A model generated the notes under the pieces. The model searched no databases. It worked only from the letters and a program-made list of their open reading frames with translations, and was not told the origin of the DNA. A stretch of DNA of 63,358 nucleotides, the filler included, from Octopus bimaculoides (lineage: Eukaryota), in assembly GCF_001194135.2 (NCBI RefSeq). It is 8 parts of 8 records of this genome, joined end to end, with 100 filler letters (N's around TTAATTAATTAA, not from the genome) between each part and the next. Parts side by side here need not be neighbours in the genome. Positions count along the whole stretch, not along the records: positions 24,580 to 45,192 come from NC_068994.1; positions 45,293 to 50,921 come from NC_068989.1; 6 more parts are not named here. One strand, given 5' to 3'. The position numbers were made by a program, and so were the translations under genes. Shown one piece after another: positions 37,333-49,915 of the stretch (within the stretch, counting starts at the first letter, position 1; every line of letters starts with the position of its first letter).

Positions 37333-40300
37333 ATGGAACATCGTTCCAAACCTTGTATGAAGAGACTCACAAAAGTAGAGCTTGCCAAAACAATCCTAAG
37401 TGAATTTCCCGACGATACTTCTAAGTTAGTTATGCCAATCACAATCCAGGACCGACAGTTCATGATGCAACTTGACACTGCAACTACTAGAAATTTCGTT
37501 TCTTTGCTGATCTGGAAACAACTATGAAAACCGAAGCTGAATGATGTCAGTGTTGGGAACTTTCATGGCTGAAACCCAGGATCCAATGAATGGTAAAAAA
37601 AGCACAATTCCTTACATTCACCAAGATCCCTGACCTGAACTTGCTGGAACGAAACGTTATTCAGACACTAGGAATTTCTGTAGACAATACTCTTGGACTG
37701 AAATGCATAGAGAGTCAAGACAAGAGTAAGGGTGCAAAAACATCACATCCTAAATCCTCTAACGCACCTTATGCTTCCCTGCAATGACGTTGCCACAATC
37801 TCTGTGACGAGTTTCCGGATCTTTTCAAAGAAGAATTGGGATGTCTTAAGGATTTCAAACTGGAAATGAAATTCAAGTGTGATGCGAAGCCGGTTTTGCA
37901 CAAGGCACTACCGGTTTCATTCGCTCTTCGTGCTGACTTGGCCAAAAGTTGCGAAGAAGTTATCGCAAAAGGAGTCTAGAAGCAAATCCAGTTCAAAGAA
38001 TACGGAACACCAGTGGTACCGATTCGCAAAGCACATAATCCGGGCACTCCGAAGCCCAAGTTGCGGATTTGGCATCAACGATCAACTAGAACACCGTCAT
38101 CCAATGCCTCTCCTAGAGGAACTGATGCAGAAGCTGGAAGGTGGATACGGTTATACGAAGATTTACCTTGCTGATGCCTACAACCAGATCAAACTGGCAA
38201 TAGAGAGTCAACAAAGGTTAGCCCTCAGCACTCACTGTGGAGTACTCCTGCAGCAACGACTCCCATTTGGAATCAAATCAGTGCCTGGTTACTTCCAGAT
38301 CATGGAAAACCTGACCCTTGATCTGCCAGGAGTTGCCGTTTTCCAAAACGATATGCTCATCAGCGGGCAAAACGCAAATGACCACTTGAGCAACCTTAGG
38401 CCTTTGCTCTTTCGTCTGAACGACAAAGGACTCAGATGTCGCCATGAAAAGTGCTTGTGTGCACAAACTAGTGCGGAATATCTTGGCCACACCTTATCAG
38501 TCGAAGGAATCCTGAAGGGATCCAAGATCGAGGCAGTCATGAAGAAGCCACCCCTTATAGATGTCTCAAGCTTAAAGTCTTTCTTGGGTTCGTTTCAGTT
38601 CTACGGGAAGTTTATATCAAACCTGGCCACTATGGCCGGGCCACTTTATCATTTAACAAAGAAAGCAACTCCTTGGAAGTGGGGAGACGAAGAACAAAAA
38701 GCGTTCAAACAATTGAAAAGATTATTGTCCTCAGATCAAGTCCTTGTACATTTCAACCCAGACAAGCCTCTCGGACTGGCTTGTGACGCATCCAACTTCG
38801 AAATTGGAGCTGTCTTGTTTCATCGCTATCCGGATGGAAGTGAGTGCCCAATTGCCAATGTGTTCAAGACTCACACGTCTGCAGAAAGAAACTACAACCA
38901 AATCCACAAGGAAGCCCTATCCATTATCCTTAGCTTGCGGATGTTCTACCAGTATCTGTACGGACGGCAGTTCATACTGGTGACTGATCATAAACCACTG
39001 ACGGCACTGTTCGGCCTGATGAAAGGGACACCACTTCTTGCAGCCAACCGACTAGCTCGATGGGTTTTGTGGCTGAACCAGTTTGACTACACAATTGAGT
39101 ACCGGAAAACAGCGAATCATGGCAATGCAGATGCTGTTAGTCGCTTACCATTTGGAAATGACAACGACTTCGACAAGGACGAAAGTGGTGTAGACATGGA
39201 TATGGTGTGCGCCATTAGAGCTATCAGTTTTCAAGTCAAACCTTTTGACAAAAACATCCTCCGTCAAGAATCGGGGAAAGATCCAATGATAACTATAGTG
39301 ATGCGCTATGTCCGCGAAGGGTGGCCACCGAAGAACACTGAGACCAATGATGAAGTCGAAGATTTCCAGAAGTTGTTGGATTCACTCAATATCTACCACG
39401 GATGCCTCATTCATGGATCAAGAGTTATGATTCCACAGAGCCTACAGTCTAATATCCTTGATCTACTGCATATCGGACACTTCAGCATGGGACGTATGAA
39501 GTAATTAGCAAGAACCGCTGTCTACTAGCCTGGTATTGATGCAGCTATTGAAATGGCTAGTCAACGATGTGACTCGTGTGGCGAACATCAAAATAAGCCA
39601 TCCAAGCCTGTAGTTCACCCATGGATGCTACCAGAGAAGCCATGGAGCCGCTTACACATGGATCATGCCATCAACTTCATGGGTACAAACTGGCTGGTGA
39701 TCACAGACGCTTTCTCACAATATCCATGTATTCATTCAACGTCATCCACATCCACTCTGATGGAAGAGGACTTCGCTAACTTCGGATATCCTCACACGCT
39801 GGTCACAGATAACGCATCAACTTTCATTCCTGAAGAATTTCAGAGCTGGTGCAAAGAACGTGGGATCACAAACCTGACATGAGTACCATACCATCCTGCT
39901 ACTAACGGAGCAGCAGAACGTCTGGTGCAGTCTTTCAAGCCAGCAATAAGAAAGCCTTCTATGCTCCAAAACGAGCCCTTCAGGAGTTTTTGATGCAGTA
40001 CCGGGAACGCCGATATCCTGTGGACTCTCGTCAAGCGAACTCTTGATGTCCCGGCAGATTTGGACTCGGAATGACTCTCTGCTGCCCTATCCAGCACACA
40101 TAGCTCAGGGCAAGCAATCCAAGGTGTCATCAAAGGCGGAGATGACAACAGATTCAAGTAGTGTCGCCAAGGTAACCAAACAGTACAAGACTGGTGATCC
40201 TATATTTGCAATGTGCTGTGGTCCACGCCGTGACAAGCAGCTCCGATGGACAGCAGCAGTCGTCACGAAGTCGTTGGGCACTCGCTGTTTCAGAGTCAAG

Positions 40301-40340
40301 GTTTTTACTCATGGCGCAGTATGGAGAAAATACTGAGAAC
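37333..40340 (+). pseudogene. pol: Gypsy pol (protease, RT, RNase H, integrase), disrupted
   Basis: LDTAT (PR); LADAYNQI, RLPFG, FQND (degenerate YxDD); ACDAS, TDHKPL (RNase H); LHIGH..CDSC, LHMDH (integrase). Confidence 0.92.
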
Positions 40341-40597
40341 AGCTACGTCCGTACTACGCTTCTGCAGAGGACTGCGAATCTGGCGATGAGACTGACAATA
40401 TTTCCGAGCTTCTAACAGGTCATCCAACGGAAATCCTGGAAGAAGTGCCACAAACTCAAACACAGACCAGACCACCTCTATCCAAAACAAAACCGCTTGT
40501 ATGAAGCGGACAACTTTAGACGATCTAAACGAACACTTAAGCCTACAGTGATTTTGTTGTTGATCCTTCTACTGTAGAATCTGTTTCGGTGAGTAGA

Positions 40598-40813
40598 TGT
40601 TGTGGTGATCGTTAGCCAATAGAATCCAAAGTTCTGGAACTCGCGAAAATGTTCCAAGGTGTCTCGATGTTTGTTTCTCTTTGTCTCGACCTTTATGGTA
40701 AATAAAAACTCAGTTATTATTACAGTCTTGAGTTTTACAGTTGTAATAAGTATACTTCACACCTATCTGGATTATTACTCTATTCTTTGAAAGTGAACAA
40801 GAGAAATATAACT
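40598..40813 (+). repeat. 3' LTR (~216 bp)
   Basis: Starts TGTTG after GGTGAGTAGA, contains AATAAA, and matches the 5' LTR over its 3' ~145 bp. Confidence 0.85.
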
Positions 40814-41269
40814 ATATATATATATATATATAATATATATTAGGGATAAAAATCCCGGTGAAAACTCAATCAAATTCAATTTATCAAAATTTAAATTAAA
40901 TCAAGTTTCACTGTATATAATATATAAATATATAATTTAGAGAAAAGAACCAAAGTTCACGAACTCATCCATGAAAATCTACAGAAATTTAATAAGTAAA
41001 TACACTAAAAAGAACTATAGTAAAATACAAAGTAATAATCATACAATTATAAAACGACTACACGTGTTTGATAACCAAATTTTCAAATAGAAAATAAAAT
41101 ATAATAAAATCGATTAAATCGACCGAAAATCAATTCTATTTAAAAATATAGCTAATGTTCAGGTCAAAATACAGCAATAATAATAATAAAATGAATGTAT
41201 ATATATCAACCAACAATAAATAATAAATGAATTTATATAAAAATACTTATACAAAATATTAAACAATAT

Positions 41270-41880
41270 TATTTTTTAAAAATGTAATACTTATCTTATC
41301 GAAAATTAAATGCAAAGTTTATCTTATCGAAAATTAAATGCAAAGCTTATCTTAACGAATCTTTCGTTTAAAATGCAATTTAAACGAAGATTTAGGTTAA
41401 ACTAAAATTATAAACGTTATATTATTAACTTTACGTTTATTTTAATTAAACTAACAAATATTAATTTATATAAATTAATTTATATAAAAATAATCATATC
41501 ACCAATAAATAAAATAAAAACATTTAACAAAATTATTGAAAAGAAATGCAAAACTTATCTAATCGAATCTTTAGTTTAGATAAAATTTTAAATGTTATAC
41601 TATTAACTTAACCTTAATTAGAAAATTAACTAATAATAAATGAAATTATATAAAAAATGCTTATTTTACCAATAAATCAAAACGAAACATTACACAATAT
41701 TGAAAATATCAGCTAACATTAAATGTCAAGTGAATTTATATAAAAACACTTATTTTACCAATAAATGAGAGAAAATCCTTTAACGATATTATTGAAAATA
41801 AAAGCAATACTTATCTCAACGAAGCTATAGTTTAAACAAAAATTTTAAACGTTATACTATTAGCTAAGCGTTCATTAGAA
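41270..41880. repeat. About three degenerate AT-rich tandem units (~240 bp)
   Basis: Recurrent CTTATCT..CGAA....AGTTTA...AAACGTTATA.TATTA and TTTACCAATAAAT blocks. Confidence 0.6.
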
Positions 41881-43654
41881 AGAAGTCGCGTGAAGATATG
41901 GCGTAAAGAAAAAGAATAGAATAAAGAGATATATAAACATGAATGAAAGTTTTATTTATAAAATCATGAATGTAAATTAAAATGTATATAATCATAATAA
42001 TATAATCATAATAAAACAATTAACTGTATTATAAACATTTTATGGAAATTTAAAATCTAAGTAATTATAAAGTCTAAAGAATAAGACTAAGATACATAAA
42101 TTATATAATATATATCAAATAAGCTAAAATACTATAATTAAATCAATTAATTAAAATATTTATATTATTAAATTTATTATTATCATTAAAAGAATTAAAT
42201 TTAAATGNNNNNNNNNNNNNNNNNNNNNNNNNNNNNNNNNNNNNNNNNNNNNNNNNNNNNNNNNNNNNNNNNNNNNNNNNNNNNNNNNNNNNNNNNNNNN
42301 NNNNNNNNNNNNNNNNNNNNNNNNNNNNNNNNNNNNNNNNNNNNNNNNNNNNNNNNNNNNNNNNNNNNNNNNNNNNNNNNNNNNNNNNNNNNNNNNNNNN
42401 NNNNNNNNNNNNNNNNNNNNNNNNNNNNNNNNNNNNNNNNNNNNNNNNNNNNNNNNNNNNNNNNNNNNNNNNNNNNNNNNNNNNNNNNNNNNNNNNNNNN
42501 NNNNNNNNNNNNNNNNNNNNNNNNNNNNNNNNNNNNNNNNNNNNNNNNNNNNNNNNNNNNNNNNNNNNNNNNNNNNNNNNNNNNNNNNNNNNNNNNNNNN
42601 NNNNNNNNNNNNNNNNNNNNNNNNNNNNNNNNNNNNNNNNNNNNNNNNNNNNNNNNNNNNNNNNNNNNNNNNNNNNNNNNNNNNNNNNNNNNNNNNNNNN
42701 NNNNNNNNNNNNNNNNNNNNNNNNNNNNNNNNNNNNNNNNNNNNNNNNNNNNNNNNNNNNNNNNNNNNNNNNNNNNNNNNNNNNNNNNNNNNNNNNNNNN
42801 NNNNNNNNNNNNNNNNNNNNNNNNNNNNNNNNNNNNNNNNACATTTTGTCTTATCTCTACATGTACAATTAATTATATCCTGGTCCTCATTATTATTATT
42901 AGAATAAGTATTTAATTTATATTTGTAATACTTATTTAACTTAAATCTATTAAAGGAAGAGATAATGTTACCAACATTATTAGTAGTAGAATAACCTACA
43001 CCCAAATTATTACTAGAAAAGATATTATAATATTTTTATTATCTCTAAGGAATATATCAATTACGTTTAAAATTTCTTTAATAATGTTAGTTTTAACTTG
43101 AACGCCGTATGGAATGATTAGCCAAAGTTTGTTCTTATTATAGATATTATCATATTTATTATTTATATTATTAAATTTATTATTATCATTAAAAGAATTA
43201 AATTTAAATGTATTATTGTGTCCATTACAATTATGTTTATGTTTATGTAATTATCATAATACTATTATTCTTACCATAAATACCTAAATAGACCTTATCA
43301 TTACTTATAAAGGTTATGTTTATTAAATGGATCCATAATATTATAATAATAATTATCAAAATTATAATTATACTTCGGATTATTAAAAAATTGAATATCA
43401 TTAATATATCCCGCTTCATGAAGGGCTTTATTGTAGTAAGGTGCATGTTTTTCGAAGATCTCTAAATTAGATGAAAGTAATGATATTCTCTTACCAATAG
43501 TAAATGTTAACGATTTCTTAATTGAGGGTGGGTGATTACTTTTCGCATGAATATATTTAATATTTTCATTAATCTTATGGTAAGGTTGGGTATTACCTGT
43601 TCATAAGTTAAAATTAGCATCTAAATAATTTATATTATAGTTCTCATTATATAC

Positions 43655-44060
43655 TCTTTTATTCTTTTACTTGTTTCAGTCATTTTACTGCGGCCATGCT
43701 GGAGCACCGCCTTTAGTCGAGCAAATCGACCCCAGGACTTATTCTTTGGAAGACTAGTACTTATTCGATCGTTTTCTTTTGCCGAACCACTAAGTTACGG
43801 GGACGTAAACACACCAGCATTGGTTGTCAAGCGATGTTGGTGGGACAAACGCAGACACACAAACATATACACACACATACATATACATATATATGACGGG
43901 CTTCTTTCAGTTTCTGTCTACCAAATCCACTCACAAGGCTTTGATCGGCCCGAGGCTGTAGTAGAAGACACTTGCCCAAGGTGCCACGCAGTGGGACTGA
44001 GCCCAGAACCATGTGGTTGGTAAGCAAGCTACTTACCACACAGCCACTCCCACGCCTATC
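43655..44060 (-). mobile_element. Full-length SINE family A inserted in the Penelope-like RT
   Basis: Complete reverse complement of family A, separating the RT motif RDD from the NYLD motif. Confidence 0.9.
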
Positions 44061-45292
44061 TTTAATATATTTCGTTTAAATAAACCTATATATTCTCTTC
44101 TTATATAATTCTAGTGTTCTATTGGTGCAATTCTTAGTTAGTAATAAGAGGTCATCCCTATATAAACCACCTTCCAATTTTAAGTTTTCAAGTTGAAATT
44201 CTGATAATAAATATATACCTACTAAATCAGTTACCTGTGCTGAATCGGGTGCCCCCATTGGTATATCAAAATAGTTCCTAGTATCTTTCCTAGCCCACAA
44301 CTTATTATATTTAATCAACGATTTCCTAGCCATTTTAACTACATTAACTTCATCATAAGTCATACCTACCTTCTTCATTGCATAAATTAGGGCCTTATGT
44401 ACAATCTCATTAATAGAATAAGAATTATCAATATCTATTTGAATAAATTTATATGTATTTTTATCTTTAATATTATTAAACCATTTTAAAGTATCTATAG
44501 TAGTATTCCATAATTTAAGGTAATTAATATCATTTCATCTATTGGTATATTTATCTAAAATGATCATATTTAATTTACCTAGATCTGACTTACAAGGCCA
44601 AATAAGCCTAACTTTAGGGTCAGAATAAAAATGATCCTTATGGCCTTTCAAAGTAATTCTAGGGTGCATAGGTACATAAGGTTCAGTCTTATTATCTAAC
44701 TCATATTTCATCATTATTAATCTAGAGGCCTTATTTATAGCATATAAAGTATTTTCCGGAACAATTTTATAGTTTTTATTAATTTCTTTCTCTAATAGGT
44801 AATCATATAATTTGACATCTAGTTTATACTGGTTCCTAGTTTTATCTGATTGTACTATAATTCAATCCATATTTCTCATTTGTTTTATTTTAATAGCTAG
44901 ATTTCTTAAATAATCATTATGTCTATTTGGGTATTTATGAAATTTAATATTTTTCACCACCTTCCAAATATTATCCCCTAAAATCTGTAAAATCGGGGGT
45001 TCTTTTCTAGATTTAAATTTTGAATTAATATAATTTGAATTATCTACATCGTTATTATTAGAAATATTGTAATTATTATTATAGTAGACTTTCCACTTAA
45101 TTCTAGTAATAAAATCCTTAATATTTTTAATAAGTTTCAAAACAATATTCATTTCTAGATGGAATGGGGGTATACTTCAAAGATGAATTCCANNNNNNNN
45201 NNNNNNNNNNNNNNNNNNNNNNNNNNNNNNNNNNNNTTAATTAATTAANNNNNNNNNNNNNNNNNNNNNNNNNNNNNNNNNNNNNNNNNNNN

Positions 45293-45418
45293 GTGCACAT
45301 ATGGCTGTGATGCATGTGCCTGGTGTACCCTTATCAGACGGGTAGTCATGATGGGTATACTGGGCTTCGTATATTTTACCCCAGTGTCACTTTGATGGCA
45401 TGCACTGCTCTCTCACTC

Positions 45419-45480
<62 letters not shown>

Positions 45481-45590
45481 CCATGATGCAGTATCAGGCA
45501 GTGACTTTCATGGCTTCTGATCTTAACTGACTGGAAATGTTATCATGTACATTGTTTTGTCTTGGTATAAAAGATGGGTTACAGCAAATA
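45293..45590 (+). mobile_element. Family F 3' end, (AAT)n, then family F 5' end (tandem junction)
   Basis: ...CTCTCACTCAATAATAAT...AAATACCATGATGCAGTATCAGGCAGTG. Confidence 0.85.
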
Positions 45591-46334
45591 TATATTAACC
45601 GGGTATCTTGTCAGAATTTTTGCAACGAAATGAACTCTACTAAAAGCACCTGAGGACCGGATGGTCGTAAAAAAACGGGTGCTGTGTCGGGTGTACCACC
45701 AAAGTTGGTGTACAACGAATTTGCGTATGTTGTTAACCATGGTTTGTGCATCGACGAGTATACGTGTGCATATATGCATGTGTCATTCTGTGTATGTATG
45801 CTGCTCATAAGCACACACATAGACGCACTTGCGCACGAATCACACACACACAAACACAAACACACACGAAGACACACATACACACGCGCATATGTTGCGA
45901 GTTTCATTGACTTGCAATAATGAGTTCCAATCATAGCACATTTATTTATATTAGTGTAAGGATGGTCGTAAGCAGGCAGCTCACTCGATGCAACCACCCA
46001 TCCGTGGTGGTGGTGGTGGTGGTGGTGGTAGCTGAGGTGGTCAAGCATGACGGTGATAGTAAAGGATGGGAAAGACAGTGGTGATGGTGGTGGAGGAGAA
46101 GGCGGCCAAGTCGAAGGTGTTGATGTTGGTGGCGTCAGAAGTTTGAATGTATGGTAGTTGTGGTGGCGATGGTAGTGGTACTGATTATGGTGATGGCTGA
46201 AAACAAACATCAGAAAGAGAGAGAATGAGAGAGAAAGAAAGAGGTTAGACCAAAAAAATTATAGTGACCCCGAATGGGGCTTCCTGGGCGTATACCAAGA
46301 GTGAGAGAGAAAGAAAGAGGTTAGACAAAAACAA

Positions 46335-46392
46335 AATTCGAACCCGCGAACCCTCAAGCGCGAGTACGCTGCTCTTACCACTAGGCAATGAT
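46335..46392 (-). mobile_element. Isolated tRNA-derived SINE head
   Basis: Reverse complement reads TAGTGGTAAGAGC (A box) and GGTTCGAAT (B box). No complete cloverleaf. Confidence 0.5.
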
Positions 46393-46839
46393 CCTGCACA
46401 CATACAAATTGTTGTTTATCATGCAACTTTGCAATAAATTCAAAGTCAAAAAATTATATCATTGTTTTGATGAAAATTGTTCATTGCTTGAAAAATATTA
46501 GTCAAGTTTAATCAAATTTAATATGTACTCAATGCATGAAGTGTCAATATTGGGCTGAAGGCCCAATGAAGAGCCCTTCATAGGAGATAGCTTAAAATCC
46601 GACTGATAGGGCAGCTTTTAAGCTAGTAATACACGTACCTAGTTTTCATGACGACATCAATATGTGGCCTGTGTGTTTTCTGTACTCTGGTTATTATTTT
46701 TTTTTTGTCTACGTTTTGTTTGCAACGTCCTGTACCCAGATATGAACCTATATATACAGGTAGATGTAGGTATGTATATACTTGTACGTATATATGCATA
46801 TACTCATTTATTATTTGTTTTATATATATATATATATAT

Positions 46840-47435
46840 ATATGACGGGCTTCTTTCAGTTTCCATCTACCAAATCCACTCATAAGGCTTTGGTCGGCCC
46901 GAGGTTATAGTAGAAAACACTTGCCAAAGGTCCCGCGCAGGGGGACTGAACCCAGAACTATGTGGTTGTGAAGCAAGTTTCTTACCACACAGCCACGCAT
47001 ATGCCTCTCTTCGGACACAATAAAATATTATTTCATTGTTTTACTTGTTTCAGTCATTTGACTGCGGCCAAGCTGGAGCATCGCTTTAAAGAGATTTTAG
47101 TCGAAGAAATCGACCCCAGGTATTATTCTTTTTAAGCTTAGTACTTATTCTATCAGTCTCTTTTGCCGAACCGCTAAACATATATGACGTAAACATACCA
47201 GAATAGGATGGCGGTGTGTGTGTGGGCGGGGGCAAACACAGACATACGCACATAAAATATATATATATGCACATACATATGACAGGCTTCTTTCAGTTTC
47301 CGTCTACCAAATCCACTCACAAGGCTTTGGTCAGCCTGAGGCTCTAGTAGAAGACACTTGCCCGAGGTGCCACATAGTAGGACTGAAACCAGAACCATGC
47401 AGATAGGAAGCAAGCTTCTTGCCACAAAGCCACGC
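46840..47435 (-). mobile_element. Two SINE family A copies (one 5' half, one full)
   Basis: CTTTCAGTTTCC.TCTACCAAATCCACTCA occurs twice. Confidence 0.85.
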
Positions 47436-47949
47436 CTTGTTTTATACATATCGCTTTGGTGTTCCAAGGTTTGTTTCGTTGCGCCACACCGATCTGTTAT
47501 GCATGTTTCCGTGATATTTACAAAAAATAAATTGTATACAGTAAAGCTGACAATTAACACGTCTCTGTTTCCTTCCTTCTCTTCATCCTCTGTTTCTCAC
47601 TCCCTCTCTCTTTCTCTCTTAATTATCTATTATCTGACTATGTGCTAATGAACTGGCTCGAGTTTTTTTATGTCTTCATTTACCTCATTTTTCGCTCTCT
47701 ATTTCAAATCCTCCCAACTGCAACCGGATCTATCCATGAGACAATCATAACACTCACCAGCCAGTGACTTATTGACGTAACTTTAATGATCTTCCCCCAC
47801 CGAAATTCATTAACCCCACCCCCTCCAACACCACCACCACCACCACCATCACCTCTAGTAGAACTTATAATCTTTCTTTGTTTTCTTTCAGTAGATTCAT
47901 GCGAGCGTCTACTAACACCACCTGGTCCACCTATGTGTTCCTGAGGTGT

Positions 47950-48200
47950 GTGCATCACAGTGTTGTTATTTTTGTGAGGTTTAGAGGAGTGTAGACTCCT
48001 TCTCTGAGTCTACTGCACCAGTTTGTATTGTTATGGGGTTTAATTTCTAGTTTCCTGTTTATTGTTACATTAGTCTTTGTTCTGTTATGTGAAATGCGAG
48101 TTCTGTTAGTTTGTTGGGCTTTAATCATGTACAGTATACGTTGCGTAAGTCGTGTTGTTTTAGATGCTTGATGTATAGAAAGTATGCTGCGTGTGAAAAT
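47950..48200 (-). pseudogene. Highly degenerate Penelope-like GIY-YIG C-terminal remnant
   Basis: Fragments HDLRNV..., ELAFH..., NWCSRLRE weakly resemble the tail of the PLE endonuclease. Confidence 0.3.
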
Positions 48201-48232
48201 TGTTCTATCTAAGCTATTCTATTGAATCACTA

Positions 48233-48957
48233 TTATTACCTCCGCCGTCGCTAAGGCGGAGGTACTGTTTTCAGTCGTGTTTGTTTGTTTGTTGGTTGGT
48301 TTGTCCGTGGACAGGAGCACTCCGTCGGTTACGACGACGAGGGTCCCAGCTGATACGATCAACGGAACAGCCTGCTCGTGAAATTAACGTGCAAGTAGCT
48401 GAGCACTCCACAGATACGTGTACCCCTAAACGTAGTTCTCAGGGAGCCTCGGCGTGACACATAGCGTGACAAGGCCGGCCCTTTGAAATACAGGTACTAC
48501 TCGTTTTTGCCATCTGAGTGGACTGGAGCAACGTGAAATAAAGTGTCTTTTGCCCAAGGACACAACGCGTCACCGGGAATCGAACTCACGACCTTACGAT
48601 CGCGAGCCCAAGGCCCTAACCACTAAGCCACGCGCCTTCACTCTCCGTGGACGAGATATCTCATGAACCGCTGGATGGATCCGGATGAAACTTTCAGGTA
48701 TGTTTGGCCTCGTGACTGGAACGAACTGATTAGATTTTGGGATCGATCCAGCACTGAACAAGGATTCTGAATTATTTTTCCTTTTTTTTTTACTGTATTT
48801 TTCAGAGCGGTAGGGTTCATTTTTAGTATTCTCGTTTGTGAGAGCAGTTGAGTTAATTTCATATATTCCCATTTTAAAAATCATCTCTTGCTAATCGTTG
48901 AGAGGACGTTTGGTGTTGCCTTGGCGGAGGTTTGCGCTCTCTGAGTGCTCTTGTTAT
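48233..48957 (+). mobile_element. HINE/DINE-1-like non-autonomous Helentron, interrupted by a SINE
   Basis: 5' hairpin ACCTCCGCC..GGCGGAGGT, (GTTT)n, 3' subterminal GGCGGAGGT plus hairpin GCGCTCTCTGAGTGC, and T-rich ends. Confidence 0.75.
48313..48643 (-). mobile_element. SINE family E (head GGCGCGTGGCTTAGTGGTTAGG) with a 9-bp TSD
   Basis: TCCGTGGAC at 48304-48312 and 48644-48652. Confidence 0.88.
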
Positions 48958-48967
48958 TATTATTATC

Positions 48968-49609
48968 ATCAAGGTGGCGAGCTGGCAGAATCGTTAGGAT
49001 GTTGAGTGAAATGCTTAGCGGTATTTCGCTCGTCTCGCTACGTTCTGAGTTCAAATTCTCCCGTAGTCGACTTTGCCTTTCATCCTTTTGAAGTCGATAA
49101 ATTAAGTACCAGTGAAACACTGGGGTCGATGAAATCGAATAATCCCCTCCCCTCAATTTTCAGGCGTTGTGCCGATAGTGTAAATCATTATTATTATTAT
49201 CATCATCATCATCATCATTATGAGGTCGATTTTTCCTTCATCCCTTCGGGGTCGATAAATCAGGTACCAGTGGAACATTGGGGTCGATGTAATCGACTAT
49301 TCCCCCTCCCCCCCCCAAATTCCAGGCCTGTTGCCTTTAGTAGAAAGGATTATTATTATTGTTATTATTACTATTATTATTAATATTTATAGGATTGAGG
49401 TAACTCCTCCAGAAGATATAGAAGCAAAAAGAAAAAAAAAGAAGTGTGCCATTGTCATCAAGTGAACGATATTTCGACATCTCGTGTATCTTTTACAAGT
49501 GCAAAAAACATTTTTTGAACCTGTGGAAGACATACGAGATGTCGAAATATCGTTCACTTGATGACAATGGCACTCTTCTTATTTTTTTGCTATCATCATC
49601 ATCATAATT

Positions 49610-49690
<81 letters not shown>

Positions 49691-49915
49691 GTGGCCGCGA
49701 CGGGCAAAATGCTTAGTGGTCATTTCGTCCATCTTTACGCTCTGAATTTAAATTCCTTCGAGGTCGACTTTACCTTACATCCTTTTGGGATCGATAAAAT
49801 AAGTCCCAGTTGAACACAGGATGAGGTAGGAGAGGGGCGATGTAATCAACAATCGACTTATGTCCTCTCTCTAGATCGCTGTCCTTGCACCAAAATTTGA
49901 AGCCAATCTTGAGTT
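48968..49915 (+). mobile_element. Cluster of three SINE family B copies interspersed with (ATT)/(CAT) tracts
   Basis: Cores near 49060, 49225 and 49760. Confidence 0.8.

Larger units (their letters stand above)
36091..40813 (+). mobile_element. Decayed Ty3/Gypsy LTR retrotransposon (K02A2.6/Mag-like)
   Basis: Domain order gag-PR-RT-RNaseH-IN, direct terminal repeats, PBS TGGCGTCAC at 36242 and a purine run before the 3' LTR. Multiple stops. Confidence 0.95.
40830..45192 (-). mobile_element. AT-rich Penelope-like element of Naiad/Chlamys type, with a SINE insertion, a gap over the endonuclease region and a 5' end cut by a gap
   Basis: TPIPSRNEY...DFITRIKWK; ITLKGHKDHF.SDPKVRLI; FDIPMGAPDSAQVTDLVGIYLL; GLYRDD; SNHPPSI; NCTCRDKTKC. 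These motifs fit the Naiad-type RT as I recall it. The left boundary is uncertain. Confidence 0.8.

Noticed and set aside
43601-43603. In-frame TGA in the Naiad-like RT (NFNL*TG) as selenocysteine
   Set aside because: It is not at a Cys-conserved position, and the copy has other stops and frameshifts.
46335-46392. tRNA gene call for SINE heads (here and elsewhere)
   Set aside because: A and B boxes are present, but no complete cloverleaf or acceptor stem. The heads belong to SINEs.
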